Positions 10,155 through 25,145 of a stretch of DNA of 64,000 bases are shown here, one piece after another. Under the pieces are notes generated by a model, which worked only from the letters and a program-made list of their open reading frames with translations, was not told the DNA's origin and ran no database searches. Position numbers and translations under genes: made by a program. Position 1 is the stretch's first letter; each line of letters opens with the position of its first letter. This stretch comes from an uncultured candidate division Zixibacteria bacterium (lineage in GTDB: Bacteria > Zixibacteria > MSB-5A5 > GN15 > FEB-12), in contig CAWDXE010000007.1 of the NCBI GenBank assembly GCA_963806185.1, positions 832,001-896,000 on the forward strand. The letters are read 5' to 3'.

Positions 10155-11337
10155 TCATTTCTTTAGCATTTCTGCGAAGCTCTTGCCGGGAAAGTTCGCC
10201 TTCACCTCCAGCAACTCACCCAGTGTCGACGCCAGATCGGCAAAACTCGGCCTTGTTCCGACATTTACACCCTTTGCGATTCGCTCCCCATACATCAGTA
10301 CCGGTACATATTCGCGCGAATGATCGGTCGACGTCTTGATCGTCGGGTCACACCCGTGATCGGCCGTGATGACCAGTATGTCATCTTCCGTCAATTGCGG
10401 TAGTACATCTCCCAACTGCCGGTCAAACGCCTCGAGCGACTTCGCGAAATTCACCTCGTCGTTGCGATGCCCCCACCATTGATCGAAATCAACACAATTG
10501 GCAAAGATCAACTGATGCTCACGATCGGTATCGATGGCGTCGCGTATCGCCGCCATGACTTCGTCATTATTGGCCGTCTTCAACTTTTTCGCGATCCCCC
10601 GCCCGGCAAACAGATCGTAGATCTTGCCGATCGCCAGCACCTTGTCACCCCGCCTGGTCAATTCATCCAGCAGCGTGGGGGAGGGGGGCACGCGCGAAAA
10701 ATCACGCCGCCCGTCGGTGCGCACAAACGATCCCGGCTCTCCGACAAACGGCCGCGCAATTACGCGCCCAACATCGTAGGGACCAACACACAGATCGCGC
10801 GCAGATTTGACAGATCCGATATAAACGCTCTCGGGAATACAATTTCTCATGCGCGGCCAACTGAAAGACCGAATCGGCCGAGGTATACAGGATCAGCGCG
10901 CCTGTGGCCAGATGTTCCGCCCCCAACCGCTCGATAATCTCCGTTCCACTGGCGGCACAGTTGCCGATTGTCTTGACTCCCGTCGCTCTCTCAAATCGGC
11001 TCACCAACTCCTGCGGAAAACCGTCGGGGAATACAGGGAAAGCCTCCGGTAGTATGACCCCCGCCATTTCCCAGTGCCCGGTTGTCGAATCCTTGCCGGG
11101 CGACTTCTCCGCCATCTTGCCGTACGCCCCTTCCGGTTGTTCTGCCGGCGCGACACCGGCTATCGGCACGATATTGCCCAGCCCCAGCCGCCGGCAATTG
11201 GGCATAGTCAATCCGCCGACCGCCGCGGCCACGTGGGGAATTGTCGATGAACCCACGTCGCCGTAGTTCGCCGCGTCCGGAAGCTCTCCGACACCACACG
11301 CATCGATGACAATAATAATGACTCGCGCCCTTTTCAT
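10155..11337 (-). CDS. deoB: Phosphopentomutase (frameshift near 10803, probably a sequencing error)
   Basis: DACGVGELPDA, GKDSTTGHWE and YTSADSVFQ in one frame; RVIARPF, GHRND, TADHGCDP and DHSREYVP in another. Confidence 0.93.
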
Positions 11338-11383
11338 AGTCTGCCAATCTACTGCTTGAACTCGCTCCACGCCATCACAAAAC

Positions 11384-11412
11384 AAAAGCCCCGCGTGACG
11401 GCACGCGGGGCT
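11384..11412 (-). terminator. Intrinsic terminator
   Basis: agccccgcgtg/cacgcggggct stem with a U-tract on the minus strand. Confidence 0.7.
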
Positions 11413-11432
11413 CAACGTACTATTCTCGAGGC

Positions 11433-12290
11433 CTATTTTCCGGGCGATTTTACATCGCGCAGAGCGTACGAAACTTCATAGTTTACCGCCACTGTGTAAT
11501 CCTGATTCTTGCCGTTCATGGTCCGCTGACGTTTTCCGTGCAGGTCCCACGTTTCTCTCTGCAGCACGACTATGCCCTGCTTGTAGGCAAAATACAATTT
11601 CCCCTGCATGTGGACCCGATCCACACCGCGCCGCTTCAGTGAGTCGGCCGGCGCCGCGTCCAGCGGCAATACCATGTTACCGTCATACGACACGACGGCG
11701 CAATCGTACCCCTGCTCCCGCACGAATGATTCTATCTTGAAAGTCGTCGATGCATCGATCGGCCCTTCGTCGAGAATCACCTTCGTCGACTGCGTCCACG
11801 CGTACCCCAGCCCGATTTCTTCACTGGGGAATACCGGCATCCCCTGCTCATAGAAATTCTTGAGGTACGACACGTTCATATCCTCCGTGCCGGTGACAAA
11901 CTGAAGATCCAGCACCTTTCCATTGGGAGCGATATACATGATCAGCTCGCGCCCCGGCTCCGTGCTGTCGATTCTTGACGAGTCGATTCTGTTAAACGAC
12001 TTGAACCGAAACTGGCTCTTTTCCGTGACTTCGCCCACTGAATCGTCGACTATCCGCCGAACTTCAGTCTCGACTGTGGCGGTAATCTCATTCACCCGAT
12101 CGCTGATCAGGGAATCACCGCGGGCTCCCTTGGCCATCGCCTTGGAAGTCCCTTTAGTGACCTGCTCGTAGACGAGATGCTGGCCGGTTTCAAATTTGTA
12201 CTGAATCCTGACTGATTTCCCGCCCTGATTGCAGCCCAGGCCGAGCAAAATCAGAAGGGGCAGGAGTGAGGTTCTTATGATTCGATTCAT
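11433..12290 (-). CDS. Hypothetical lipoprotein, beta-rich
   Basis: Lipobox LLGLG-C; follows the ECF sigma and anti-sigma genes on the same strand. Confidence 0.75.
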   Translation of the reverse strand: MNRIIRTSLLPLLILLGLGCNQGGKSVRIQYKFETGQHLVYEQVTKGTSKAMAKGARGDSLISDRVNEITATVETEVRRIVDDSVGEVTEKSQFRFKSFNRIDSSRIDSTEPGRELIMYIAPNGKVLDLQFVTGTEDMNVSYLKNFYEQGMPVFPSEEIGLGYAWTQSTKVILDEGPIDASTTFKIESFVREQGYDCAVVSYDGNMVLPLDAAPADSLKRRGVDRVHMQGKLYFAYKQGIVVLQRETWDLHGKRQRTMNGKNQDYTVAVNYEVSYALRDVKSPGK

Positions 12291-12320
12291 ACGTCTCCGT
12301 CTCGCAGGTGTTCGCGCTCC

Positions 12321-12887
12321 TCATTTAGCTAGGAGCAGACAGGCAAACTCGCCCATTCGTCCATGGACAGGCGGCCCGAGTAAACTCACGGCCCCGGCCA
12401 GTTTTGCCCGCTCCCTGGCTGTATATATCTCATCGGTCGGAATGGTTAACGGATTGATACTCGCCGCCACGAGAAACTCTTTGGTCGGCGTCTGAACGAC
12501 AAATGTTCCGTTGTGGCGCTGTGAGCCAAGCCAGATGGCGCCCAGCAGGACAACCAGCGAAAAGGCCACTGAGGCGACCGACCGCATCAGCGTCTGGCGA
12601 GCCTCGCGGGAGGCCGAGACCGGTACGCGTTGATAAACTGGTGACGGAGGAGCTTCCCCTTCCACCGTCCGCGCGAGAATGAGCCGGGATACTTCATCCC
12701 AGTACTCATCTCCCGGGTCCGGCCGGGAAAGTCCTTTGATCATGCTCTTGAGGATGGCCGATGATTCGACCTCAGCCCGGCATTCATCGCATTCCAGCAG
12801 GTGTGCCTTCAGCGACTCGGCGGTAGCCAGGTCAACCTCACTATCGACATAGTCCTCAAGAAGCGAATGGGTGTGGCGGCACGTCAT
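12321..12887 (-). CDS. Zinc-binding anti-sigma factor (zf-HC2/ZAS)
   Basis: MTC...HLLECDEC motif, one TM helix, directly downstream of the ECF sigma. Confidence 0.88.
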   Translation of the reverse strand: MTCRHTHSLLEDYVDSEVDLATAESLKAHLLECDECRAEVESSAILKSMIKGLSRPDPGDEYWDEVSRLILARTVEGEAPPSPVYQRVPVSASREARQTLMRSVASVAFSLVVLLGAIWLGSQRHNGTFVVQTPTKEFLVAASINPLTIPTDEIYTARERAKLAGAVSLLGPPVHGRMGEFACLLLAK

Positions 12888-12889
12888 TC

Positions 12890-13465
12890 TTACCCCTTCC
12901 TGGATATCCGCTTCTGGAGAATCTTCTTTAACTTCGATCTGGCGATGTGCAAATTGGAGCGAACCGTCGCTTCCGGACACCCGAGGATCTGCGCAATCTC
13001 ACTCTTCGTGTACCCTTCAACGTCGTGCAGGATTGCCGTCAGTCTCTGGCGCGGGGGAAGAGTGCCCAGGGCTTTGGTTATCTCCGCCATCACCACCTTG
13101 TCTTCGAACAGCTCGCCCGGTGTCCGCACCTTGCGCGAAAGTTCAATCTGATCTTCCGTCGGCAATAGGCTCACATCATCGGTGACCCTGGCCCGACCCC
13201 GCTGCTTCCGCAGCAGATCGATTGAATAGTTCGTGGCTACCCGTATCAAAAACGAGGTGAAATTCTGTACGTTGGAAAGCTCCTTTCGTCGACGGTATAC
13301 CCGAACAAACGTCTCCTGGACCACTTCGTCCGCGTCCAGATGACTGCCCAGAATCTCAAAAGCCAGATAGTAGACCCGCTTCTGATACCGACTGACCAGT
13401 TCAGCAAATGCCGTGGCATCGCCCTGGATAAACCGTTCGACCAATTCGGGAATTGTCTCTGTCAT
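12890..13465 (-). CDS. ECF RNA polymerase sigma factor
   Basis: Region 2 DADEVVQETFVR; region 4 EIAQILGCPEATVRSNLHIAR. Confidence 0.93.
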   Translation of the reverse strand: MTETIPELVERFIQGDATAFAELVSRYQKRVYYLAFEILGSHLDADEVVQETFVRVYRRRKELSNVQNFTSFLIRVATNYSIDLLRKQRGRARVTDDVSLLPTEDQIELSRKVRTPGELFEDKVVMAEITKALGTLPPRQRLTAILHDVEGYTKSEIAQILGCPEATVRSNLHIARSKLKKILQKRISRKG

Positions 13466-13535
13466 ATCCCGGCGAGTCTATTGTCTTCATAATAGACGCT
13501 CAAAGTCACGCCCCGTTTAACATAAGAGAATCCTG

Positions 13536-13564
13536 TTGACCCCTGGCTCGACATACGGTATTAT
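13536..13564 (+). promoter_or_regulatory. sigma70-type promoter of the MFS gene
   Basis: TTGACC-N17-TATTAT. Confidence 0.6.
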
Positions 13565-13621
13565 TGCCGCCGGTCAAAGTCAACGCTTTTTTCGGCAACG
13601 AGTTATGAGGATTGAACCCTG

Positions 13622-15025
13622 ATGGACCCCGAGATTGTGAAAGCCAACCGCTACAAGTTGTTCGCCGTCGGAGCCATCGGCACCCTCATGGCTACCCTCG
13701 ATGCTTCAATTCTCAACGTCGCCCTCCCGTCGATTTCCAACGATCTCCACGCCGATATTGACACTGTTGCCTGGGTCATTCTTTCCTACTCGTTGACGCT
13801 CATTTCTCTCATGATCGCCTTCGGCGCCTGGACCGAGCGACGCGGCTACAGCTTCGCCTACAAATTCGGCTACGGCTTCTTCCTGGTTGGCTCCGTCGTT
13901 TGTGCGCTCAGCCAGTCTATTCACCTCTTGATTTTGGGCCGAATAATCCAAGCCACCGGTACAGCCATGTTTGCCGCCATCGGCCCCGGCATGGTCACGC
14001 TCGTATTCCCCCGCGAAGAACGCGGAAAGGGGATAGGGCTGATGGTCATGATGGTCTCGGCCGGCTTTATGATCGGGCCACCCGTCGGCGGCCTGATGCT
14101 CGGCATCTGGCCTTGGCAATCGATCTTCATCGTCAATATCCCGATCGGACTCATTGGCATCTATCTGACCGTTAAGTATTTCAAGATTCTGCCCGTTCCG
14201 ACTGACCGCCGTCGGATACCTCTCGTGGCTGCCGCCCTTATCGCCGCTTGTCTGGTTTCCTTCGTTTTTGCCCTCAAGCTGATCAGTGACTATCCGCTGA
14301 GCGATCCTCGCGTCTGGGGCCTGGCCATCATCTCGGCCGTTTGTTTTGTTTTCTACGTACGCGAGGAAGCCATTCCCGAGCAGGCGATCATCGGCCTCGA
14401 CCTCTTCCGCAATCGACAGTTTACCGCCTCACTTCTCGCTCAGCTCATGCACTTCATCGCCACCACCGGCGTTCTTGTCCTCATTCCGTTCTATTTCGAA
14501 CAGGTGAGACACCTTGAACCCAAACAGGTGGGACTTTACCTTGTCATCATTCCCATATTCATGTTTATCTTTGCGCCGCTTTCCGGTCGCGTCTCCGACA
14601 AGATCGGTGTGCGCTTCCTGACAAGTCTTGGCATGCTGACGATGGCCGGCGGGCTGGTGCTCCTGTCGTTGCTGCAGTCCGATTCTTCGCTGGCCTATGT
14701 TGCCGTCGCACTTGGCGTCGTCGGCATGGGCAACGGCATCTTCAACACTCCCAATACCAGCGCGACAATGGGATCAGTGAGCGAATCAAGACGAGCCGTC
14801 GCTTCCGGGATTCTGGCTACGAATCGCAACATCGGCATGTCGTTCGGCGTCGCTTTGTCGACCGCTATGTTCAGCTACTTTGAACTGCGCAACGCCGGCT
14901 TGGGTGATGCCACAACCATCTTCCTATCTAGTTACCGTCCGGTCATTTATATCGCCGTCGGCGTCGCTCTGGTGGGCTTTCTGCTCTGTCTTATCCGGGA
15001 CAACCGCGTGAAACAATCTCATTGA
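13622..15025 (+). CDS. MFS drug:H+ antiporter, DHA2 (EmrB/QacA) family
   Basis: LDASILNVALPSI, GPPVGG, WQSIFIVNIPIG; about 14 TM segments. Confidence 0.92.
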   Translation: MDPEIVKANRYKLFAVGAIGTLMATLDASILNVALPSISNDLHADIDTVAWVILSYSLTLISLMIAFGAWTERRGYSFAYKFGYGFFLVGSVVCALSQSIHLLILGRIIQATGTAMFAAIGPGMVTLVFPREERGKGIGLMVMMVSAGFMIGPPVGGLMLGIWPWQSIFIVNIPIGLIGIYLTVKYFKILPVPTDRRRIPLVAAALIAACLVSFVFALKLISDYPLSDPRVWGLAIISAVCFVFYVREEAIPEQAIIGLDLFRNRQFTASLLAQLMHFIATTGVLVLIPFYFEQVRHLEPKQVGLYLVIIPIFMFIFAPLSGRVSDKIGVRFLTSLGMLTMAGGLVLLSLLQSDSSLAYVAVALGVVGMGNGIFNTPNTSATMGSVSESRRAVASGILATNRNIGMSFGVALSTAMFSYFELRNAGLGDATTIFLSSYRPVIYIAVGVALVGFLLCLIRDNRVKQSH

Positions 15026-15050
15026 CAGGTCCACCCCTCAGCCGTATACT
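15022..15050 (+). promoter_or_regulatory. sigma70-type promoter of tRNA-Ala
   Basis: TTGACA-N17-TATACT, 23 nt upstream of the tRNA. Confidence 0.75.
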
Positions 15051-15073
15051 GCCGTTCTCAAAAATCGACGATT

Positions 15074-15146
15074 GGGGCCTTAGCTCAGCTGGGAGAGCGC
15101 TTGACTGGCAGTCAAGAGGTCGCGAGTTCGATCCTCGCAGGCTCCA
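15074..15146 (+). tRNA. tRNA-Ala(GGC)
   Basis: Acceptor GGGGCCT/AGGCTCC with G3:U70, anticodon arm CTTGA-CTGGCAG-TCAAG, T-loop GTTCGAT. CCA is not encoded. Confidence 0.96.
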
Positions 15147-15264
15147 CTTTTTTTGCCCCAAACTTAATCACCCATCGCACGAAACCTTTGTCCGTGACGT
15201 CGCGTATTGGTAAATGTTTTACGTTAGCTAAATATTACGCCCGGAATCCCGAGGGAGAATAGGT

Positions 15265-16998
15265 ATGTCCTATTTGCGCGTATTCGTTATAGCCTCGGCG
15301 CTGATTGTCGTTCTCGTGATGACTTCCGCCGCCGAAACACTTGTTGATCTCAACGCACCAAAACGCCAGTCGCTGGCTTCGGCCGGCTTCGAGATCACCA
15401 AGCCGATGGAAGTTCAGATCGAAGCCGTTGGCCTGCGCTCAAAATGGCAAAACGACCTCTTCGCCTACGGCTGGGTGCTCAATTCGTCGACGCGCGAGCT
15501 CGTCTGGGTGATGCGAACCAACAACTCCGATCGCTCCGAATCCGGCAAACCGCTCCGCAAAGCCGAACACACCGAGACACTCCCCGCCGGCAAGTACGAA
15601 GTGTACATGTTTGTCGGTAACTACCCGTTTTATTTTGACGGTTCGAGCAACGGTGTCGTCGGTGTCATCCGCAATTGGGTGACCGGCGACGACGAACAAA
15701 GCGACAACCTCGAGCGGTACGTCCGCGACTGTTACATCCGCGTGACCGCTGCTGCCGCCTCGTCGGCCGACGTCAAACCGTTCGAGCCGACCGGCGAAAT
15801 CCCGAATTCGCTCATCCGGTGGACGCAGCTCGGCGACGAGGAATCACACGAGCAGGCCTTTCAAATTGATAAACCCATCACCTTGCGCGTTTATGCCCTT
15901 ACCGAACAACCCAAGGGGTATAATGCGCCCGCTGACGGCGGCTGGATTCTCAACGCCGAGACTCATGAACGCGTCTGGTCGATGAACCGTGTCGAAACTT
16001 TCTGGGCCGGCGGCGATCGCAAAAATCGTAAGTTCGACGATGAAATTCGCCTCAATCCGGGCAAATACATTCTTTATTACGCCACCGACGATTCGCATTC
16101 GTTTGAACACTTCAACGCCAACCCGCCGACCGATCCCCTCAACTGGGGGATAACTGTTCTCCCGGGACAGGGCTTTGATCGCGCCGCCTTCCATCTCCTG
16201 GACAAAATGGAAGGGCCCAAACCTCTTCTCGACATGACGAAAGCGGGTAATGACGAGAATCTGGAACAGCCGTTCCGCCTCTCGAAACAAACCAATCTGC
16301 GCATCTACGCGCTCGGCGAATACAACGGTGAGTTTTCCGATTATGGTTGGATTCAGGATGCCCGCACCAACAAGACCGTCTGGGAAATGACCCGCCGCAA
16401 CACCGAACCGGCTGGCGGCGCCGAAAAGAATCGCCAGTTCAATGGTGAAATCACCCTCCCGGCCGGCGATTACATGGCCTATTATTCGACCGACGCTTCC
16501 CACTCCTATCGCGACTGGAATGACTCCCGCCCTCTGGATCCCTCGGCCTGGGGACTGGCCATTTTCCCCGGCAAAGGATGCCAGCCGACAGACTTTCAGA
16601 TGGTAAACGCTCAGGACCTCGCCAAAACGGAGGGCGTTCTCGTTCGCCTTATCAAAGTGCGCGATGATGAGCGCCGCCGGGCTACTTTCAAACTGGACAA
16701 GACCGCCCGTGTCCACGTCTACTCATTGGGTGAAGGCACCAACGGTGATATGTACGACTACGGATGGATCGAGAACACTTCCACCGGCCGTACCGTATGG
16801 GAAATGACCTGGCGCAACACCGACCCGGCCGGGGGCGCCGACAAGAACCGGATGTTCGATGATGTCATCGTGCTCGAACCGGGAGAGTATGACGTGTTCT
16901 ACGTGACCGACGATTCTCACGCGTTCAACGACTGGAATGCCGGTAAGCCGCGCGACCCTTCAAACTGGGGTATCACGGTCTCGCTGGCCGAGAAATAG
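15265..16998 (+). CDS. Secreted protein made of four tandem ~125-aa repeats, function unknown
   Basis: Signal peptide. Repeated DYGWI..VWEM..AGG..KNR.F..G.Y..YY.TDDSH..P.DP..WG motifs. Confidence 0.85.
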   Translation: MSYLRVFVIASALIVVLVMTSAAETLVDLNAPKRQSLASAGFEITKPMEVQIEAVGLRSKWQNDLFAYGWVLNSSTRELVWVMRTNNSDRSESGKPLRKAEHTETLPAGKYEVYMFVGNYPFYFDGSSNGVVGVIRNWVTGDDEQSDNLERYVRDCYIRVTAAAASSADVKPFEPTGEIPNSLIRWTQLGDEESHEQAFQIDKPITLRVYALTEQPKGYNAPADGGWILNAETHERVWSMNRVETFWAGGDRKNRKFDDEIRLNPGKYILYYATDDSHSFEHFNANPPTDPLNWGITVLPGQGFDRAAFHLLDKMEGPKPLLDMTKAGNDENLEQPFRLSKQTNLRIYALGEYNGEFSDYGWIQDARTNKTVWEMTRRNTEPAGGAEKNRQFNGEITLPAGDYMAYYSTDASHSYRDWNDSRPLDPSAWGLAIFPGKGCQPTDFQMVNAQDLAKTEGVLVRLIKVRDDERRRATFKLDKTARVHVYSLGEGTNGDMYDYGWIENTSTGRTVWEMTWRNTDPAGGADKNRMFDDVIVLEPGEYDVFYVTDDSHAFNDWNAGKPRDPSNWGITVSLAEK

Positions 16999-17022
16999 CC
17001 GAATCTCTCCTTTCGGTTTCCA

Positions 17023-17063
17023 AAAGGGCGGGTGCGGATCATGTATGGTCCGCACCCGTTTTT
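17023..17063 (+). terminator. Intrinsic terminator
   Basis: cgggtgcgga/tccgcacccg stem followed by ttttt. Confidence 0.7.
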
Positions 17064-17148
17064 GCTTCAGCGATCAACTTCTGTTCAAATCCCTTGCCGT
17101 CTCGTCCGGTTTCGGCTACACTATTGAGTATACGCGAAGGAGCGAATC

Positions 17149-18643
17149 ATGAAATACACCTACACCGCCATTCCTGTGCAAAACCTGGCAACCGATGCAG
17201 TCATCGTCTTCGCTGCTCAGTTTGATAATCTGTCGAAGAGTAACCTTAAGCCTCTTGATAAATTCACCGATGGCGCCATCGGTATCGTCGTCGAATCGGG
17301 CGAATTCTCCGGCAAAGACGGCGAGGTTGCCCAGATCGTGCTCCCCAAGGGAATGAAGGCCAAACGCCTCATGCTCGCCGGACTGGGCAAGAAGGAGAAG
17401 TTGACTCCGGACTCTTTCCGTCGGGCCATGGGCACCATTGCCAAGTCGAAAGGCGCCATTGGCGTCGCCAGTGCCGCCGTGCATTTCCTGGACTTCAACG
17501 ACCCCGCCTGTTTCCAGGCTGCCATCGAAGGCTATTTGCTCGGCTCATACAAATTTCTCGAATACAAGAGCGGCGAGGCCGCCGAGAATCCCGGTCAAAC
17601 TCGCTTCACTTGCCTTTGCCGTGAACCGTGCCTCCGGTGTCGCCAGACTCAGGGCCGCCGTCGAGCGGGGCAACATTATCGCCGAGGGCCAGCTCCTTGC
17701 GCGGAATTTCTCAGCCACACCCGCCAATTTCCTTACCCCGCGCCTCTATGCCGAAAAAGTCAGCGCTCTGGCTCGTAAGCACAAACTGGGTGTTGAAATT
17801 CTCGACGAGAAACGCATCGCCGCTGAAAAAATGGGTGGCCTCCTCTCCGTTGCCCGAGGATCCGTCGAACCGCCGCGCTTCATGATCCTTAAATACAAGG
17901 GCGCTGCCGCCGCGCAAAGACCGGTTGTGCTGGTGGGGAAGGGCGTCACGTTCGACGCCGGTGGTATATCGATTAAGCCGGCTCTCGATATGCACGAAAT
18001 GAAACAGGATATGACCGGCTCCGCCGTCATGATTGCCACCATTATCACTGCCGCCCGACTCAAACTGCCTCTGAATCTGGTTGTCCTCGTGCCGGCCACG
18101 GAAAATCTCCCGTCCGGCACCGCGACCCGCCCCGGCGACATCATCACCATGCGAACGGGGAAGACCGTCGAGATTATCAACACCGACGCCGAAGGGCGGT
18201 TGATCCTGGCTGATGCTCTCGACTACGCCAACAATTACAATCCCCAAGCAGTCATCGATATCGCCACCCTTACCGGTGCCGCCATCTTTATCCTCGGTTA
18301 TGCCGGTGCGCCCATTCTCGGCAATAACGAAAACCTCCTGAAACGGATCGAAGTTGCCGCCGATGCCACGGCGGAGAAGGTATGGAGACTACCGATCTGG
18401 GACGAACACCGCGAGCAGATGAAATCAAGCATCGCCGACTTGGTGAATTCGGGCGGCCGCGCCGCCGGCACTATCGCTGCGTCTGCATTCTTGGAGAATT
18501 TCATCGGTGACTATCCCTGGGCGCATATTGATATCGCCTGGATGGATATGGAGCATTCCGGTAAACCGTACACGCCAAAAGGTGCGACCGGTTTTGGCGT
18601 CCGCCTCCTCACCGAGATGCTGTCACACTGGAAGAAGCTCTGA
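17149..18643 (+). CDS. pepA: Leucyl aminopeptidase M17 (frameshift near 17590)
   Basis: VGKGVTFDAGG, MKQDM, NTDAEGRL, DIATLTGA, WAHIDIA. The N-terminal domain is in the preceding frame. Confidence 0.93.
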
Positions 18644-18653
18644 TCTTCTCAAG

Positions 18654-18913
18654 TCATCGCGAGGCCCGCTTCTCACACACGTCATCGCGAGGCCCGCTTC
18701 GGGCCGTGGCGATCTTTCAGTTCTCTTCCGTGTAGGTCGAAACCGCTTCGGTTTCGACCTACAACTCGGCTTGCGCTGTCGCGCAGCGTCATGCTGAGCG
18801 CAGTCGAAGCGTGAGCTACCGTCGGCAGAATTCCCGTCACTTTGTGTGTGGCGTCGCCACTGGTGCGCTCTTCTCTTCCCCCTCTCCCTTCGGGAGAGGG
18901 CTGGGGTGAGGGC
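18654..18913. repeat. Mosaic cluster of REP-like palindromes between convergent genes
   Basis: Two copies of gtcatcgcgaggcccgcttc; a perfect 14-bp-stem GTAG..CTAC palindrome at 18731-18763; gtcatgctgagcgcagtcgaagc; ccctctccc..gggagaggg..ggggtgaggg. Confidence 0.8.
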
Positions 18914-18936
18914 TCAATAAGGCCATTCCCCAAAAA

Positions 18937-18965
18937 CAAAAAGCCCACCTCTCGGTGGGCTTCTT
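18937..18965 (-). terminator. Intrinsic terminator
   Basis: aagcccacc/ggtgggctt stem next to an A-tract on the plus strand. Confidence 0.7.
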
Positions 18966-18985
18966 CAAAACTCCTGGAATAGACC

Positions 18986-20017
18986 TCACTTCGCCGTCGT
19001 TGCCTTGCGCAGTGCTTTAGACCACGCCGGCGCCGAATCCGTCCCCGGTCCCGAAATCCGCTTCGGCTGATTTCCCGTAATATCCGATATCCAGACCGAT
19101 CCGTCCGAGGTGGCAAACGTCAGCCACTTCGAATCCGGCGACCACCCCGCCGCGTGCGTCATCAAATACGTATTTGGCGTCGGCGTAAACACCACGTACC
19201 GCTCGGCTAAATCCGGCGTGCAGATAAACAGGCCGTTGTCCTTGATCTCATTGGTCACGTAGGCAATCCACTTCCCGTCAGGCGACCACGAAGGACCTAC
19301 CGCGCTCGTCATCCGGGAGGATTGAGCGCGCACGTCATCCAGAGGCGCCATGAATTTCAAGCGATTCAGAACTGCTGTGCCCTGTGGACGCTTGTCGTAA
19401 AAGTGCACAAAGGCAATGTCCCCTTTTCCATTCATCGAGGGTGACGTGAAGAACTCCGACATCGTCTGAAAATCCTTGCGCAAAATATCAAAATGCCCGC
19501 CGTCGCCGTCCATCGTGCAGACCTGGTAATTCGGTAATATGGCGTTGGCCTGATTGGCATTCAGATCCTTGGTGAAAATGATCTCCCGGCCGTCAGCCGA
19601 CCATTCCGGTTCCCGACTCCCCAGGTCGTCCGTCAGGCGATACCAGAAGAATGTCTTCCCGGCATCTGCCGAATCCAAATAGGCTATAAAGAGGTCATAC
19701 ACTTTGTGTTTGCCGCCAGTCCCGTCGGGAGCCTTCAGTTCCACCGCGCCGGCTCGGGTGAACACGATTCGCCGTCCATCCGGCGACCAGCTCAGCTTCC
19801 CCTCGGCGTTGGTGGCCTCGCAAACCATCATCTTGTTGGCCCCGCTCGCCTCCATGACCCAGACATTCTTGTCTCGAATAAACGCAATCTTCCCCGAAAC
19901 CGGCGGGATGGAGCCCGCTTTGGCGGCCGGAAGTTTCTCCGCGGCAAACGAAGTCGCCGCAATCAATAGTGCCGCCGCAAATGAGGCGACCGTACGCGCA
20001 CGAGTGGTGATAATCAA
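18986..20017 (-). CDS. TolB-like PD40-repeat beta-propeller protein
   Basis: Signal peptide, GKIAF, repeated WSPDG/WSADG/WSPDS. Confidence 0.88.
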   Translation of the reverse strand: MIITTRARTVASFAAALLIAATSFAAEKLPAAKAGSIPPVSGKIAFIRDKNVWVMEASGANKMMVCEATNAEGKLSWSPDGRRIVFTRAGAVELKAPDGTGGKHKVYDLFIAYLDSADAGKTFFWYRLTDDLGSREPEWSADGREIIFTKDLNANQANAILPNYQVCTMDGDGGHFDILRKDFQTMSEFFTSPSMNGKGDIAFVHFYDKRPQGTAVLNRLKFMAPLDDVRAQSSRMTSAVGPSWSPDGKWIAYVTNEIKDNGLFICTPDLAERYVVFTPTPNTYLMTHAAGWSPDSKWLTFATSDGSVWISDITGNQPKRISGPGTDSAPAWSKALRKATTAK

Positions 20018-20258
20018 CTGATGTACTCCGTCTTGTCAGAAAGTTACTGGGGAGAAGATAGTGCAAAACCTATATCTGTCAATCATTTTGCTGTATCGAA
20101 CCCGTCCGGCTTATTTTGCCCGTTTCGCCTTATACATTCCTGGGCTAATTCGGTTCTTCAACCGGTATCGGCCAATTTCAATACTCCGTCACCGACCCGG
20201 TACGAAAAGGGACGGGTCTCACGACCCGCCCCTTCATTGTCGTCACAATTACAGCCTA

Positions 20259-24508
<4,250 letters not shown>

Positions 24509-24604
24509 GATATTCCTGCAACCACCATCCTGATGGTCCATTGCCCCAGCGAATGCCTTAGGCAGGCTGATGTACATCGACTCGCCGAATTGCGCAAGGC
24601 TTTT

Positions 24605-25036
24605 TTACAGCGGCGAGACTTTCGTAGCTTGCCATTTGGCCAGATCCGCCAGCGTATACTGCTCAAAGACGGAAACCAATTTCCGTTGTGCAATCAGCAA
24701 TATCTCCCGAAGGGCACAAAACTCATCCGGTCCTTTGACACACACCGAAGTATCCTTAAGACATTTCATGAGGAAATAGGGCCCTTGAATTGTCTCCAAT
24801 ACTTCTTTGATCGTAATTTCACTCGGGTCCTTCGCCAGTGTAAAACCACCCCGCACACCCCGGTGAGATCGGACAATTCCGGCCTTTGATAGCGACTGAA
24901 ATATCTTGGCCAGAAACTTCTCCGGTATCCCCTGAGCTTCAGAGATTTCGGACAGTGGCGTAACCACTGATCGGTCGCGTTCGGCCAAGTATAGAACCCC
25001 AAACATCCCATACTCTTCCGCCTTGGTGAACTGCAT
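24605..25036 (-). CDS. Rrf2-family transcriptional regulator, likely Fe-S binding
   Basis: FLAKIFQSL, SHRGVRGGFTLA; three C-terminal Cys. Confidence 0.92.
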   Translation of the reverse strand: MQFTKAEEYGMFGVLYLAERDRSVVTPLSEISEAQGIPEKFLAKIFQSLSKAGIVRSHRGVRGGFTLAKDPSEITIKEVLETIQGPYFLMKCLKDTSVCVKGPDEFCALREILLIAQRKLVSVFEQYTLADLAKWQATKVSPL

Positions 25037-25107
25037 AACCGCCTTTCTAACTAACGGTTTACGACCTCGGACCAATCACCAATACCACTGATCAGGTTCG
25101 ATAAGTC

Positions 25108-25145
25108 ATCACTGAAAGAGTAGTGATTAGAGATCGTAAAGTCAA
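25108..25145 (-). promoter_or_regulatory. Rrf2 gene promoter with an overlapping inverted repeat
   Basis: Minus-strand TTGACT-N17-TACTCT. ATCACT-N8-AGTGAT (25108-25127) overlaps the -10. Confidence 0.5.
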
